DNA of 30,487 bases from assembly GCA_016839515.1 (NCBI GenBank), contig JAEOUE010000129.1, positions 1 through 30,487 of the forward strand. Direction: 5' to 3'. A program made the position numbers and the translations under genes. Of the stretch, positions 1-10,247 are shown piece after piece (positions within the stretch are counted from its first letter, which is position 1; each line of letters begins with the position of its first letter). The notes beneath the pieces were generated by a model, which ran no database searches, had not been told where the DNA came from, and worked only from the letters and a program-made list of their open reading frames with translations. The stretch is from Candidatus Hodarchaeum mangrovi. GTDB taxonomy: Archaea; Asgardarchaeota; Heimdallarchaeia; Hodarchaeales; Hodarchaeaceae.

Positions 1-807
1 ACTATTTTTTGGGCTTCTATATCTGCTCGTGTCTCTTCATCAGGTAAATGGCATGATGGGATAATAGAAAATATAACTGAAAGGAAAAAAGCAGACATTT
101 TACTCAAACAAGTAAAGCTTGAAGAGGAACACTATCATGCAATGCTTAGTCACTTTGTACGAAACGATTTACAAAAAATCGTAAACAACCTTGATTATTT
201 ATTATTACAATATGAATCTAGTGATAAGTTAAACCAAAAAGAAGTAAAGAATATAATTAATATTGCTACAAAATCCTCTAGAACAATTGATATTGTAAAT
301 AGAATATTTGAAGTTCTTCAAACACCCTTTCTACCTGAAATTGTTGAAGATAAGATGAAAATCCACGAAGTGATTAATTTAGTTACTTTGAATTTTCAAA
401 GCTATCAGCGGCCCTTCGTTCTGAATAGAGATAATCTTCAATTTGAAATTATCTTAGATAATTTTATAGAAGAAGTATTTCATGAAATATTCCTTTTTAT
501 CATTGATCCAGGTGACCTAAAGGGTACCGAGAATATTCCAATTAATATTGATGGTGCTTGTTTCTCTGATGAATTTTGTGTTCTAATAAAAGATGAAGTT
601 TCTAATCCAATTCCTAAAGAAGTATGTGAGCGCCTATCAGCAAAAATCAGTGATAAATGGGAATATCATGGACATTATATAGGAATTACTTTAGCTTCAG
701 TAATTATGCAACATTACCATGGACAATTAAAGATTTTTCCTTATTTAAACCGAGGTAATGAATTCCAATTATGGTTTCCCCAAAATCTCCTAAAAGGTCC
801 ATGCTAG
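1..807 (+). CDS. 5'-truncated PAS/PAC-domain histidine-kinase-like protein with a degenerate catalytic core
   Basis: Frame is open from base 1 (TIFWASISAR...DGIIENITERKKA is a PAC-like motif). It continues into an H-box-like SHFVRNDLQ and HATPase-like remnants (GITLASVIMQHYHGQL...GNEFQLWFP). Confidence 0.75.
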   Translation, partial: TIFWASISARVSSSGKWHDGIIENITERKKADILLKQVKLEEEHYHAMLSHFVRNDLQKIVNNLDYLLLQYESSDKLNQKEVKNIINIATKSSRTIDIVNRIFEVLQTPFLPEIVEDKMKIHEVINLVTLNFQSYQRPFVLNRDNLQFEIILDNFIEEVFHEIFLFIIDPGDLKGTENIPINIDGACFSDEFCVLIKDEVSNPIPKEVCERLSAKISDKWEYHGHYIGITLASVIMQHYHGQLKIFPYLNRGNEFQLWFPQNLLKGPC

Positions 808-825
808 AAATTTGAGAGTGAATTT

Positions 826-2157
826 TTATCCGTTTCTTTTGACACGCTTGTTTAAATTGTCAACTAGTTTTTTAAATGAGGAAATATCACGTTTAACTTT
901 TTTAGGATCTATGAATTTCTTGTCTTTGTATACAAATTTCCCATTTATTAAAACATGTTTAAGATTGTATTCTTTTAAGGAGTAAACGATTAATGAATAA
1001 GGGTTTGATGATGGGGTGATATTGACATCATTTAAATCAAAAACAATCATATCAGCTAATTTATTTGGTTCTAATGAACCAATTCTGTCTTCCATTCCTA
1101 GAACTCTAGCTCCATCAATAGTTGCCATGGAAACAACTTCTTTTGAACTAATCAATGTTGGATCTAAGTGCATACCTTTTTGAATGTATGGAACTAATCG
1201 TAGATCATTCAACATACTTAAGTTATCGTTACTTGCTGCTCCATCAGTACCTAGACCTACAGGAATACCTGCTTCTAACATTTTGGGGATAGGTGCTATT
1301 CCTGAACCAATTTTCATATTACTAGCTGGATTGTGAGCTACTTTGACATTCCTTTTCTTGAAAATAGCAAGATCATTGTCTGTAACCCAAACACAATGTG
1401 CTGCAATGACATTTACACCTTCAAAAAAGCCTAGATCTTCTAGATATTGTACTGAAGTTTTTCCATGTTTTGCTTCAAAATCCTTCTTTTCTTTTTTAGT
1501 TTCTGCAATATGGATATGAATTGGAACATTATATTTTCGTGCCAATTTGGTTGATTCGAGTAAAATTTCAGGAGAATTGGTAAAAGGAGCATGAGGTCCA
1601 ATAGTTATTGTAATCAGATCATTTTCTGCTGGCCATTTTTTAAGTAATTGTTTTGTAATATTTAGCTCAGATTCACGTTTTTCTATCTGATTATCAGCAA
1701 ATAAATCTATCATCCCATAGGAAAGGACTGCTCTTAATCCTAAATCCTCACAAGCCTTTCCTATGGGGAATTCATCAAGATACATATCATGAACACAAGT
1801 CACACCTGATCGGATTGATTCTAATCCAGCAATAATAGTTCCAAGATAAAAATCCTCCGTAGTTAACTTTGCTTCGTACTTCCAAATTAAAGTAAGCCAA
1901 TCATGAAGAGCTAGATTTTCTCCTAAACCCCTTAATAATACCATTGGTAGATGAGTGTGTGTATTGATGAATCCAGGCATAATTAGATGATTATCTACAT
2001 CAATAATCTCTGAATAATCATTCGTGGGAAATTCTTCCATGGGACCAATACTATAAATCTTTTTATCTCTTATTAAAACAAATCCTTTGGGAACTATAGT
2101 ATAATTGGAATCCATTGTTACAATGGTTCCATTAATGATAGCGACATCTACCTTCAT
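826..2157 (-). CDS. mtaD: Amidohydrolase, 5'-methylthioadenosine/S-adenosylhomocysteine (5'-deoxyadenosine) deaminase family
   Basis: Motifs PGFINTHTH, GPHAPFT, HIHIAET, AHCVW, HNPASNMK and GLGTDGAASND. Lies 26 nt downstream of ahcY. Confidence 0.85.
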   Translation of the reverse strand: MKVDVAIINGTIVTMDSNYTIVPKGFVLIRDKKIYSIGPMEEFPTNDYSEIIDVDNHLIMPGFINTHTHLPMVLLRGLGENLALHDWLTLIWKYEAKLTTEDFYLGTIIAGLESIRSGVTCVHDMYLDEFPIGKACEDLGLRAVLSYGMIDLFADNQIEKRESELNITKQLLKKWPAENDLITITIGPHAPFTNSPEILLESTKLARKYNVPIHIHIAETKKEKKDFEAKHGKTSVQYLEDLGFFEGVNVIAAHCVWVTDNDLAIFKKRNVKVAHNPASNMKIGSGIAPIPKMLEAGIPVGLGTDGAASNDNLSMLNDLRLVPYIQKGMHLDPTLISSKEVVSMATIDGARVLGMEDRIGSLEPNKLADMIVFDLNDVNITPSSNPYSLIVYSLKEYNLKHVLINGKFVYKDKKFIDPKKVKRDISSFKKLVDNLNKRVKRNG

Positions 2158-2183
2158 GATTAAGTACCACCAGGAAAGTGGAT

Positions 2184-3458
2184 CTATTTAGTACCTTCAG
2201 AATATGAATGACGATATTCAAGTTGATTAGGGGTCAATTTATCAATTGAAATACCCATCGCTTCAAGTTTCAAAGACGCAATCATTATATCTTGTTCTCT
2301 ATTGATATTATGAACTTTAATGGCCATAGATTGATGATTTTGAGCTATATGTATCAACGATAACACTTGATTAGCAAAAGACATGTCCATTACTTCATGA
2401 GGATGACCTTCTCCAGCAGCAAGGTTAACTAACCGTCCTTGGGCTAAGAGATAAATTTTTTTCCCATTTTTTAGTGCGTACTCTTCTGTTGCATGTCGAA
2501 TAGTAGTAACTTTGATTGATCTCTCTTTCAAATCAGGAATTCTTATTTCACAATCATAATGTCCTGCATTGGCAAGAATTGCACCATCTTTCATGTTATC
2601 AAAATGTTGATCGACAATGATATCTTTTACTCCGGTTGTGGTTACAAAAATATCCCCAATTTTGGATGCTTCGTCCATGGGCATTACTCGGAAACCTTCC
2701 ATTACCGCTTTTAATGCTTGAATTGCATCTACTTCTGTTACAACTACATGTGCCCCTAGTCCCCTAGCTCGCATAGCAAGCCCTCTACCACACCTTCCAA
2801 ATCCTGCTACAACAAAATTTTTTCCTGCAATTAATACAGCAGTTGCTCTTAATATTCCATCTAATGCTGATTGACCAGTTCCATAAACATTATCAAAATC
2901 GTGTTTGGTTTCTGCATTGTTTACAGCCAGAATTGGATATAAAAGTTTATTGTCCTGAGCCATAGCCATAATTCGATAGACACCTGTTGTGGTTTCCTCT
3001 GTACCTCCCTTGATATTTTGTGCGATTTCAGGGTATTTACTATGTATTCTAAACGTTAAATCTGCTCCATCGTCTAGAGTTAAAGTGGGATGGATTTCTA
3101 ATGTTTTATCAATAGCCCAGTAATATTCCTCTGGGGTTAAACCATACCATGCATATATTGATATACCTTCTTTCGCAAGTGCTGCTGCAATATAATCTTT
3201 TGTACTCAGAGGGTTACATCCACTCCAAGATACTTCGGCTCCTGCAGCAACCAATGTTTCAATCAATACAGCTGTTTTTGCAGATACATGAAGTGATCCA
3301 CTAATCTTTTCTCCTTTTAGTGGTTTGGATTGCTCAAATTTTTTACGCAGCTTCATTAATACTGGCATATGAGCTTCGGCCCAACGAATATCTTTCCATC
3401 CTTTTTCAGCAAGGGATAAATCTCGGACCTTGAAATTTGTTTCTTCATCCATTTTCAA
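2184..3458 (-). CDS. ahcY: Adenosylhomocysteinase family hydrolase (SAH/SIH hydrolase)
   Basis: Motifs GCNPLST, LDDGADL, EETTTG, KHDFDNVYGTG, GFGRCGRG and GRLVNLAAGEGHP. Start is TTG 3458 or ATG 3452. Confidence 0.95.
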   Translation of the reverse strand: MKMDEETNFKVRDLSLAEKGWKDIRWAEAHMPVLMKLRKKFEQSKPLKGEKISGSLHVSAKTAVLIETLVAAGAEVSWSGCNPLSTKDYIAAALAKEGISIYAWYGLTPEEYYWAIDKTLEIHPTLTLDDGADLTFRIHSKYPEIAQNIKGGTEETTTGVYRIMAMAQDNKLLYPILAVNNAETKHDFDNVYGTGQSALDGILRATAVLIAGKNFVVAGFGRCGRGLAMRARGLGAHVVVTEVDAIQALKAVMEGFRVMPMDEASKIGDIFVTTTGVKDIIVDQHFDNMKDGAILANAGHYDCEIRIPDLKERSIKVTTIRHATEEYALKNGKKIYLLAQGRLVNLAAGEGHPHEVMDMSFANQVLSLIHIAQNHQSMAIKVHNINREQDIMIASLKLEAMGISIDKLTPNQLEYRHSYSEGTK

Positions 3459-3594
3459 TCTATCCTAATTATTCTAGGAATTTTAGGAGAATCTTTCCTA
3501 TTTAATTAATAAATTAAACTCATCCTACATTTGAAAGAAAATAAAGGATTTTCTAATAAGAGTTTGGATAGACTAGGATTAATTTCTCTATTTC

Positions 3595-3628
3595 AAATAA
3601 TAAAAAGAAAAGGAGGAAAAAAATATAG
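3595..3628 (-). terminator. T-rich archaeal-type terminator after gdhA
   Basis: Minus strand reads ...ATTTTTTTCCTCCTTTTCTTTTTATTATTT directly after the gdhA stop. Confidence 0.45.
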
Positions 3629-4981
<1,353 letters not shown>

Positions 4982-5044
4982 TTATATCTGATGTTCTTTA
5001 TCGAAATTCGTAAATTCTTATGTTAAATTATGACTTAAGAATTT

Positions 5045-5063
5045 AATAGATCATAGATCTATT
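5045..5063. promoter_or_regulatory. Perfect inverted repeat, candidate operator upstream of gdhA
   Basis: AATAGATC-ATA-GATCTATT, about 80 nt upstream of the gdhA start. Confidence 0.35.
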
Positions 5064-5352
5064 GTGTTCAGTTTATTTTTTCCTAATTATTTAACCACTA
5101 CGTTTCATATGTAATAAATTACGAAATAGAAATCTCATCTTATATAACTTTAATTTTTAAAAAAATAGGCCAAAGAAATTATATTTTACTTTATAAGTAG
5201 TGGGAATATCGTTTTAGAATACAATTCTTTCTAAATAGAACAAACTAATGTATTTGTCTTAGATTACAATTTTATGGAGAATTAATTAGTTAACAGATTC
5301 ATTGGGATGAGAAAAATGCAGGTTTTCCGCTAAAAGACGTTTGGACACTTCT

Positions 5353-5880
5353 TCAATCTGAGTTAGGATGTATTATTTCTTCTGTGGATTTTAGAATGAT
5401 ACCCAGATTCTTTAATTTAACATGTATTTTTTCAATGATTTCTAGAGTATGTTTACTAAAAGTGCTGAGAGCATCAGTGACTAAGATTACTCCATATCCT
5501 AACTCCTTTCCCCCAACACATGTTGCACTGACACAATTATCTGTCAATGTTCCTACTATGATCAATTGCTTTATTTTTCTTGTTTTTAATTCTTGATTAA
5601 AGTTCGTTTGTTTAAACGTGTTAGGATAGCGCTTATGAATAAGGAGATCATTATTTTCTTTCTGTAATTGGGGATGGAGTTGCCATTCATCTGAATCTTC
5701 TATTAATGTACTATTATTTGAATGTTGAATGTAAATAACAGGTATATTGTTCGAATGGGCATAATTTTCTAATCTGTTGATGTTTTCTAGTATTTGATGT
5801 TCCTTAAATATTGGTGTTTCTCGTTGGAAAAGTCCTATTTGTACATCAACAACAATTAATGCTGTATTTTCCCACTTCAT
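5353..5880 (-). CDS. Isochorismatase-family cysteine hydrolase
   Basis: Catalytic triad motifs ALIVVDVQ (Asp), IHKR (Lys) and TDNCVSAT (Cys), plus VTDA. Confidence 0.88.
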   Translation of the reverse strand: MKWENTALIVVDVQIGLFQRETPIFKEHQILENINRLENYAHSNNIPVIYIQHSNNSTLIEDSDEWQLHPQLQKENNDLLIHKRYPNTFKQTNFNQELKTRKIKQLIIVGTLTDNCVSATCVGGKELGYGVILVTDALSTFSKHTLEIIEKIHVKLKNLGIILKSTEEIIHPNSD

Positions 5881-6141
5881 GGGTTTAGTGTTTTTTCGAT
5901 GTTCTTTAAGAGTATTATGGAAGTGGTATGCATGTTAATTGTTTGGTTTCATCCTCAGATTCTATTAAGAAAAAATGGATTAGAAGAACTCTTAAGAATG
6001 TAAATCAAGCTAGGGAGAAATGCAAAGATCATCTATGCTAGATAGAAAATTAACTCTTTGGCTGTTAAGTCAAGAATAATAAATAATATCGGTAAAATCA
6101 TGCATAAACGATCAAGATACTAATCCATCAGGCTGAAAACT

Positions 6142-9100
6142 ATGCAAGATGTTCAAGAAAAGGATTTTATTCTCCCAGAGCTGAACCTTGATTATAAACC
6201 GAAATATAAGGTCTTCCATGAATTAATGACAAAACGAATTAATAAAGTACTCCTTGTTTCAAGTTATTATGATAATTTTATTTTAGAAGAAGATGGAAGA
6301 CTGAGTGATCAAATTTTTGAGGAGTTTCATTCTCTAAATCTACGAACTCTACCCAATATTATACGTGTACCCTCTGCAAAAGCAGCACTTGATTTTCTTT
6401 TAACACAAGAGGTCGATCTTGTTATTACAATGAAAAGACTTGGCGGAGATATTGATCCATTCACCCTTGGGAAGAGAATTAAACAGATTCAAAACATCCC
6501 AGTAATATTATTACTCACCAACTCTGAAAATATTCCTTATTTGCCAGAGAAATCCCGAAGAGAAGGGGTTGACCGTATTTTCGTCTGGAATGGGGATTCC
6601 AAGGTTTTTGTTGCAATTATTAAACATCTAGAAGATAAGATGAATGTAGCAAATGACACAGAAATCGGGCTTGTACGAGTTATAATTGTTGTTGAGGATT
6701 CCATTCGTTATTATTCTTTATTTTTACCACTTATTTATAGTGAAATTATGCGGCAAACTCATAGATTAATATCAGAAGTAATTAATGATTATCATAACTT
6801 GTTACAGATGCGTGCTCGGCCTAAGATTCTACTAGCTGAAACTTATGAAGAAGCTATGAACTATTATCAAACTTATAAGAACTTTGTAATCGGAATTATT
6901 TCAGATGTTCGATTTTCACGAGAGGGTCAAATCGATCCCGAAGCTGGATTAAAATTCATCCAATCTATTAAAGAAGACAATGTAACTCTTCCAATTGCTC
7001 TCCAATCAAATGAAGATAGTAATAAGGTTCTAGCTGAGCATCTTGGAATCTACTTTATCCATAAAAGATCCCGTCATCTGCTAAAAAGACTTCGTACTTT
7101 CATGTTACAATTCCTTGGGTTCGGTGATTTTAAATTTCGTTTAACTGACGGGACAGTGGTTGGTTATGCGAGGAATTTAATGGAGTTATACCAACAAATA
7201 GAAAAAGTTCCTGGAGAATCATTAATTTATCATGGTTCACATGACCATTTTTCTGGATGGTTAATGAATCGGGCTGAATTTGATATTGCACAAAAATTAA
7301 AACCAAGAAAAGTAACAGAATTTTTTAGTCCTGAAGATTTACGTAAATTTTTACTCGTTGCTATCGATTCAATACTTTCAGAAAAAACTGAAGGAGTTGT
7401 TCATGATTTCACAAGGGAAAGCCATTATCCTAATATACGATTCACACGACTCCGTCCTGGCTCTCTTGGAGGTAAAGGACGTGGAATTGCTTTCCTTCAA
7501 TTTCTTTTGAATAGTTTTTTATTAGCTGATGATCTTTCTGAGGAGGTTTCCATTCGTATCCCTAAAACCTTTGTAATTGGTACAGATGAGTTCGATCGAT
7601 TTATGGAAGACAATGAGCATCTCTATGAGATTGCTTTATCAGATACACCTGATGATGAAATAAAACAAGCATTTTTAGGGGGAACTCAATGTTCAGACCT
7701 GAAAGAGGATTTAAGATTCATTTTAGAAACCCTGACTGGGCCTTTATCAGTTAGATCCTCCAGTTTGTTAGAAGATTCTCTGTATCAACCTTATGCAGGG
7801 ATTTTTAATACATATTTTCTACCAAATAATCCGAAAGTTCAAAACATGGAGACTCGTGTTAACCTCCTCTGTGATGCAATTAAACTTGTATATGCTTCTT
7901 CATTCCTCCGTCAAGCAAAAAGTTATGCTGAATCCACAGGACAGTCGATTGAAGAATCAAAAATGGCAGTTGTGATCCAACAAGTGGTAGGAAGAGCTAG
8001 AAAAGGAAATCTATCTTATCCAAGCTTTTCAGGAGTGGCAAGTTCATATAATTATTATCCAATATCATATTTAAAGCCAACTGATCGAATTGCATTTTTA
8101 GCATTAGGATTGGGAAAAATTATTGTAGATGGTGGTCAAACAATCCGATTTTCTCCAAAATACCCAGAATTAAGTTTCTTTTCCACCCATGAACAGCTAT
8201 TAAATAACTCTCAAAAGGATTTTTTCGCAATTGATTTAGCTGCAGAAACCACTGATTTTTCCCAAGGAGAAAATTCCTTTTTAGTAAAATCCAACATATT
8301 TGATGCCGAAAGGGAGGTTTTAGAAGATATTTCAGATACCTATGATTATAATGATGCAATTTTGAGAGATGGTTATCAGGGTACAGGGGCTCCAGTTGTC
8401 ACTTTTGGTCGACAATTAAAATACAAAACTGTACCTTTAGCAGAATTGATTACAAAAGTACTACAACTAGGAGAAGCAGCTATGGGCTGTTCTGTAGAGA
8501 TTGAGTTTGCTGGAAACTTCAGAAAAGACGCAATAAAAAAAACTACCTTTTATTTACTCCAGATTAGACCCTATACAGAATTATCTGATCTTGATCTTGA
8601 AGAATCTGTAGAATTCCCTATGGATAAATTGGTAGTGACCTCTAATCAGGTGTCAGGAAATCGTATAATTAAGAATATTCAAGATATTGTGTTCATCAAA
8701 CCTGAAGCTTTCAATAAACTGCAAACTTTGCAGATAGTTGAGGAGATAAATGACGTTAATCAAAAATTAAAAGATTCAAATACCCCCTATATACTTATTG
8801 GTTTCGGAAGATGGGGGACATTTGATAAACATCTTGGAATTCCAGTAAAATGGTATAACATCTCTGGAGCAAAGGTAATAATTGAAACAGGATTAGAAAA
8901 TTTTCAAATTGAGCATTCACAAGGTAGTCACTTTTTCCAGAACATTACAACAGCTAATATCCCATATTTTTATATCAAATATGGTTCTGAGGATGTATGT
9001 GATTGGAAATGGTTAAGTAGAACAGAATATCTTGTTCAAGACCTTCATTTTGTACGTCACATTCGATTAGCAAAACCATTTCTGGTTATCGCAAATGGAA

Positions 9101-9147
9101 AATCACGGATAGGTTTTATAGCAAAACCTGATTTAGAGTCAAGCTAG
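6142..9147 (+). CDS. Receiver-like domains fused to a PEP synthase/PPDK N-terminal ATP-grasp domain
   Basis: N-terminal receiver-like segments (VLLVSSYYD, IIVVEDS, IISDVRF). ATP-grasp motifs GSLGGKGRG, LSVRSSSLLED, MAVVIQQVVG, VEIEFA and LLQIRP. C-terminal GRWG...SQGSHFFQN. Confidence 0.85.
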   Translation: MQDVQEKDFILPELNLDYKPKYKVFHELMTKRINKVLLVSSYYDNFILEEDGRLSDQIFEEFHSLNLRTLPNIIRVPSAKAALDFLLTQEVDLVITMKRLGGDIDPFTLGKRIKQIQNIPVILLLTNSENIPYLPEKSRREGVDRIFVWNGDSKVFVAIIKHLEDKMNVANDTEIGLVRVIIVVEDSIRYYSLFLPLIYSEIMRQTHRLISEVINDYHNLLQMRARPKILLAETYEEAMNYYQTYKNFVIGIISDVRFSREGQIDPEAGLKFIQSIKEDNVTLPIALQSNEDSNKVLAEHLGIYFIHKRSRHLLKRLRTFMLQFLGFGDFKFRLTDGTVVGYARNLMELYQQIEKVPGESLIYHGSHDHFSGWLMNRAEFDIAQKLKPRKVTEFFSPEDLRKFLLVAIDSILSEKTEGVVHDFTRESHYPNIRFTRLRPGSLGGKGRGIAFLQFLLNSFLLADDLSEEVSIRIPKTFVIGTDEFDRFMEDNEHLYEIALSDTPDDEIKQAFLGGTQCSDLKEDLRFILETLTGPLSVRSSSLLEDSLYQPYAGIFNTYFLPNNPKVQNMETRVNLLCDAIKLVYASSFLRQAKSYAESTGQSIEESKMAVVIQQVVGRARKGNLSYPSFSGVASSYNYYPISYLKPTDRIAFLALGLGKIIVDGGQTIRFSPKYPELSFFSTHEQLLNNSQKDFFAIDLAAETTDFSQGENSFLVKSNIFDAEREVLEDISDTYDYNDAILRDGYQGTGAPVVTFGRQLKYKTVPLAELITKVLQLGEAAMGCSVEIEFAGNFRKDAIKKTTFYLLQIRPYTELSDLDLEESVEFPMDKLVVTSNQVSGNRIIKNIQDIVFIKPEAFNKLQTLQIVEEINDVNQKLKDSNTPYILIGFGRWGTFDKHLGIPVKWYNISGAKVIIETGLENFQIEHSQGSHFFQNITTANIPYFYIKYGSEDVCDWKWLSRTEYLVQDLHFVRHIRLAKPFLVIANGKSRIGFIAKPDLESS

Positions 9148-9290
9148 CACTTATTTCAAACGTTAAAAGTTTACTTTCTTAAGGGATGATTCCATAGATT
9201 TAGATATAAACAAGCTTGTTAAAGAAAAAAATACTTCTTAATATTCTTCCATTGTACTGAATGAATAACAATCTTGTGTGATGGATAAAT

Positions 9291-9854
9291 ATGTTAGATA
9301 TAGAAGAACGTATGAAAAAATGGCAAAAATTGCATTATCTCTTTACTTATAAAGATTTAACAGGAAAACCAAAGATAAAAACTGCAATTTTAACTTGTAT
9401 GGACTGTCGTATTATCTCTTCTGTTTTTGGAGTGGAAGAACCTGGAGAAGTCATTATCATCCGCAATGCGGGGGCATTATTAACCGAGGATAGCCTACGA
9501 TCTTTACTCATTGCCATTTATGAGTTAGATGTACGCATTATCATAGTTGTGGGCCATACTCAATGTGGAGGATGTATGGATCCTACACAAATGAATAATT
9601 TAATAGCAAAAATATCCGAAAAAACTGGAAGAACGGTTCAAGAGATTTTACCCTTTTTAAATGCACCTAATGTTCCTGCTGCTTTCCGAGGGTTTATAGA
9701 TGTTAGAAAGCAGGTACAGAAAACTGCAAAAACTATTTCTCGACATCCTTTATTTGCTCCTTTAGAAATCAAAGTCTACGCATATATCTATAACACAACA
9801 ACTGGAGAATTACTCCGTTCTTTATATGAAACTAGCGATTTACTTTATGAATAA
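9291..9854 (+). CDS. Beta-class carbonic anhydrase (clade D/Cab-like)
   Basis: Zn ligand motifs CMDCR and HTQCG, plus IRNAG. Confidence 0.88.
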   Translation: MLDIEERMKKWQKLHYLFTYKDLTGKPKIKTAILTCMDCRIISSVFGVEEPGEVIIIRNAGALLTEDSLRSLLIAIYELDVRIIIVVGHTQCGGCMDPTQMNNLIAKISEKTGRTVQEILPFLNAPNVPAAFRGFIDVRKQVQKTAKTISRHPLFAPLEIKVYAYIYNTTTGELLRSLYETSDLLYE

Positions 9855-9937
9855 TTTCTCTAAAAATTCATGATACCTCATTTTCGATTATCTCTCTCTT
9901 CTAAATATTAAAATCAGAATTAACTCTAATGAAATAT

Positions 9938-10078
9938 ATGTCACAAGAACAATCTGAGAAAGAAAAAATCGTTCTAAAGTCATATCCAGAGAAAATGACT
10001 TATCTTGAAAAGAAATATGGGATAGAACCAAAGATAACTCCTCAAGAACTAAAGAATATGCGATGGAATTGGCATTAG
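9938..10078 (+). CDS. Small hypothetical protein, 46 aa (not in ORF track)
   Basis: Hand translation gives MSQEQSEKEKIVLKSYPEKMTYLEKKYGIEPKITPQELKNMRWNWH-TAG, with an alternative in-frame ATG at 9929. Fills an intergenic gap in AT-rich DNA. No clear RBS, so it may be leaderless. Confidence 0.55.
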   Translation: MSQEQSEKEKIVLKSYPEKMTYLEKKYGIEPKITPQELKNMRWNWH

Positions 10079-10093
10079 TTGTTTTTCTAAATA

Positions 10094-10117
10094 ATCTGAC
10101 TAAAGTATAAGTCAGAT
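10094..10117. repeat. Inverted repeat/hairpin
   Basis: ATCTGACT-N8-AGTCAGAT with perfect 8-bp arms. Confidence 0.5.
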
Positions 10118-10247
10118 CTTATAGTGAATTTATTATCTAATGAATCACTACAATTATAGATTTTTTCAATGAACCAGTATCAAAACAATTTTAATTTTCA
10201 TCTCTAAGGATGAGTACTTAATCAGTATTTGTTTAGGAGACTCATCA

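Noticed and set aside
5917-6003. 28-codon plus-strand ORF in the divergent promoter gap
   Set aside because: Too short, no RBS, and it lies in a probable promoter region.
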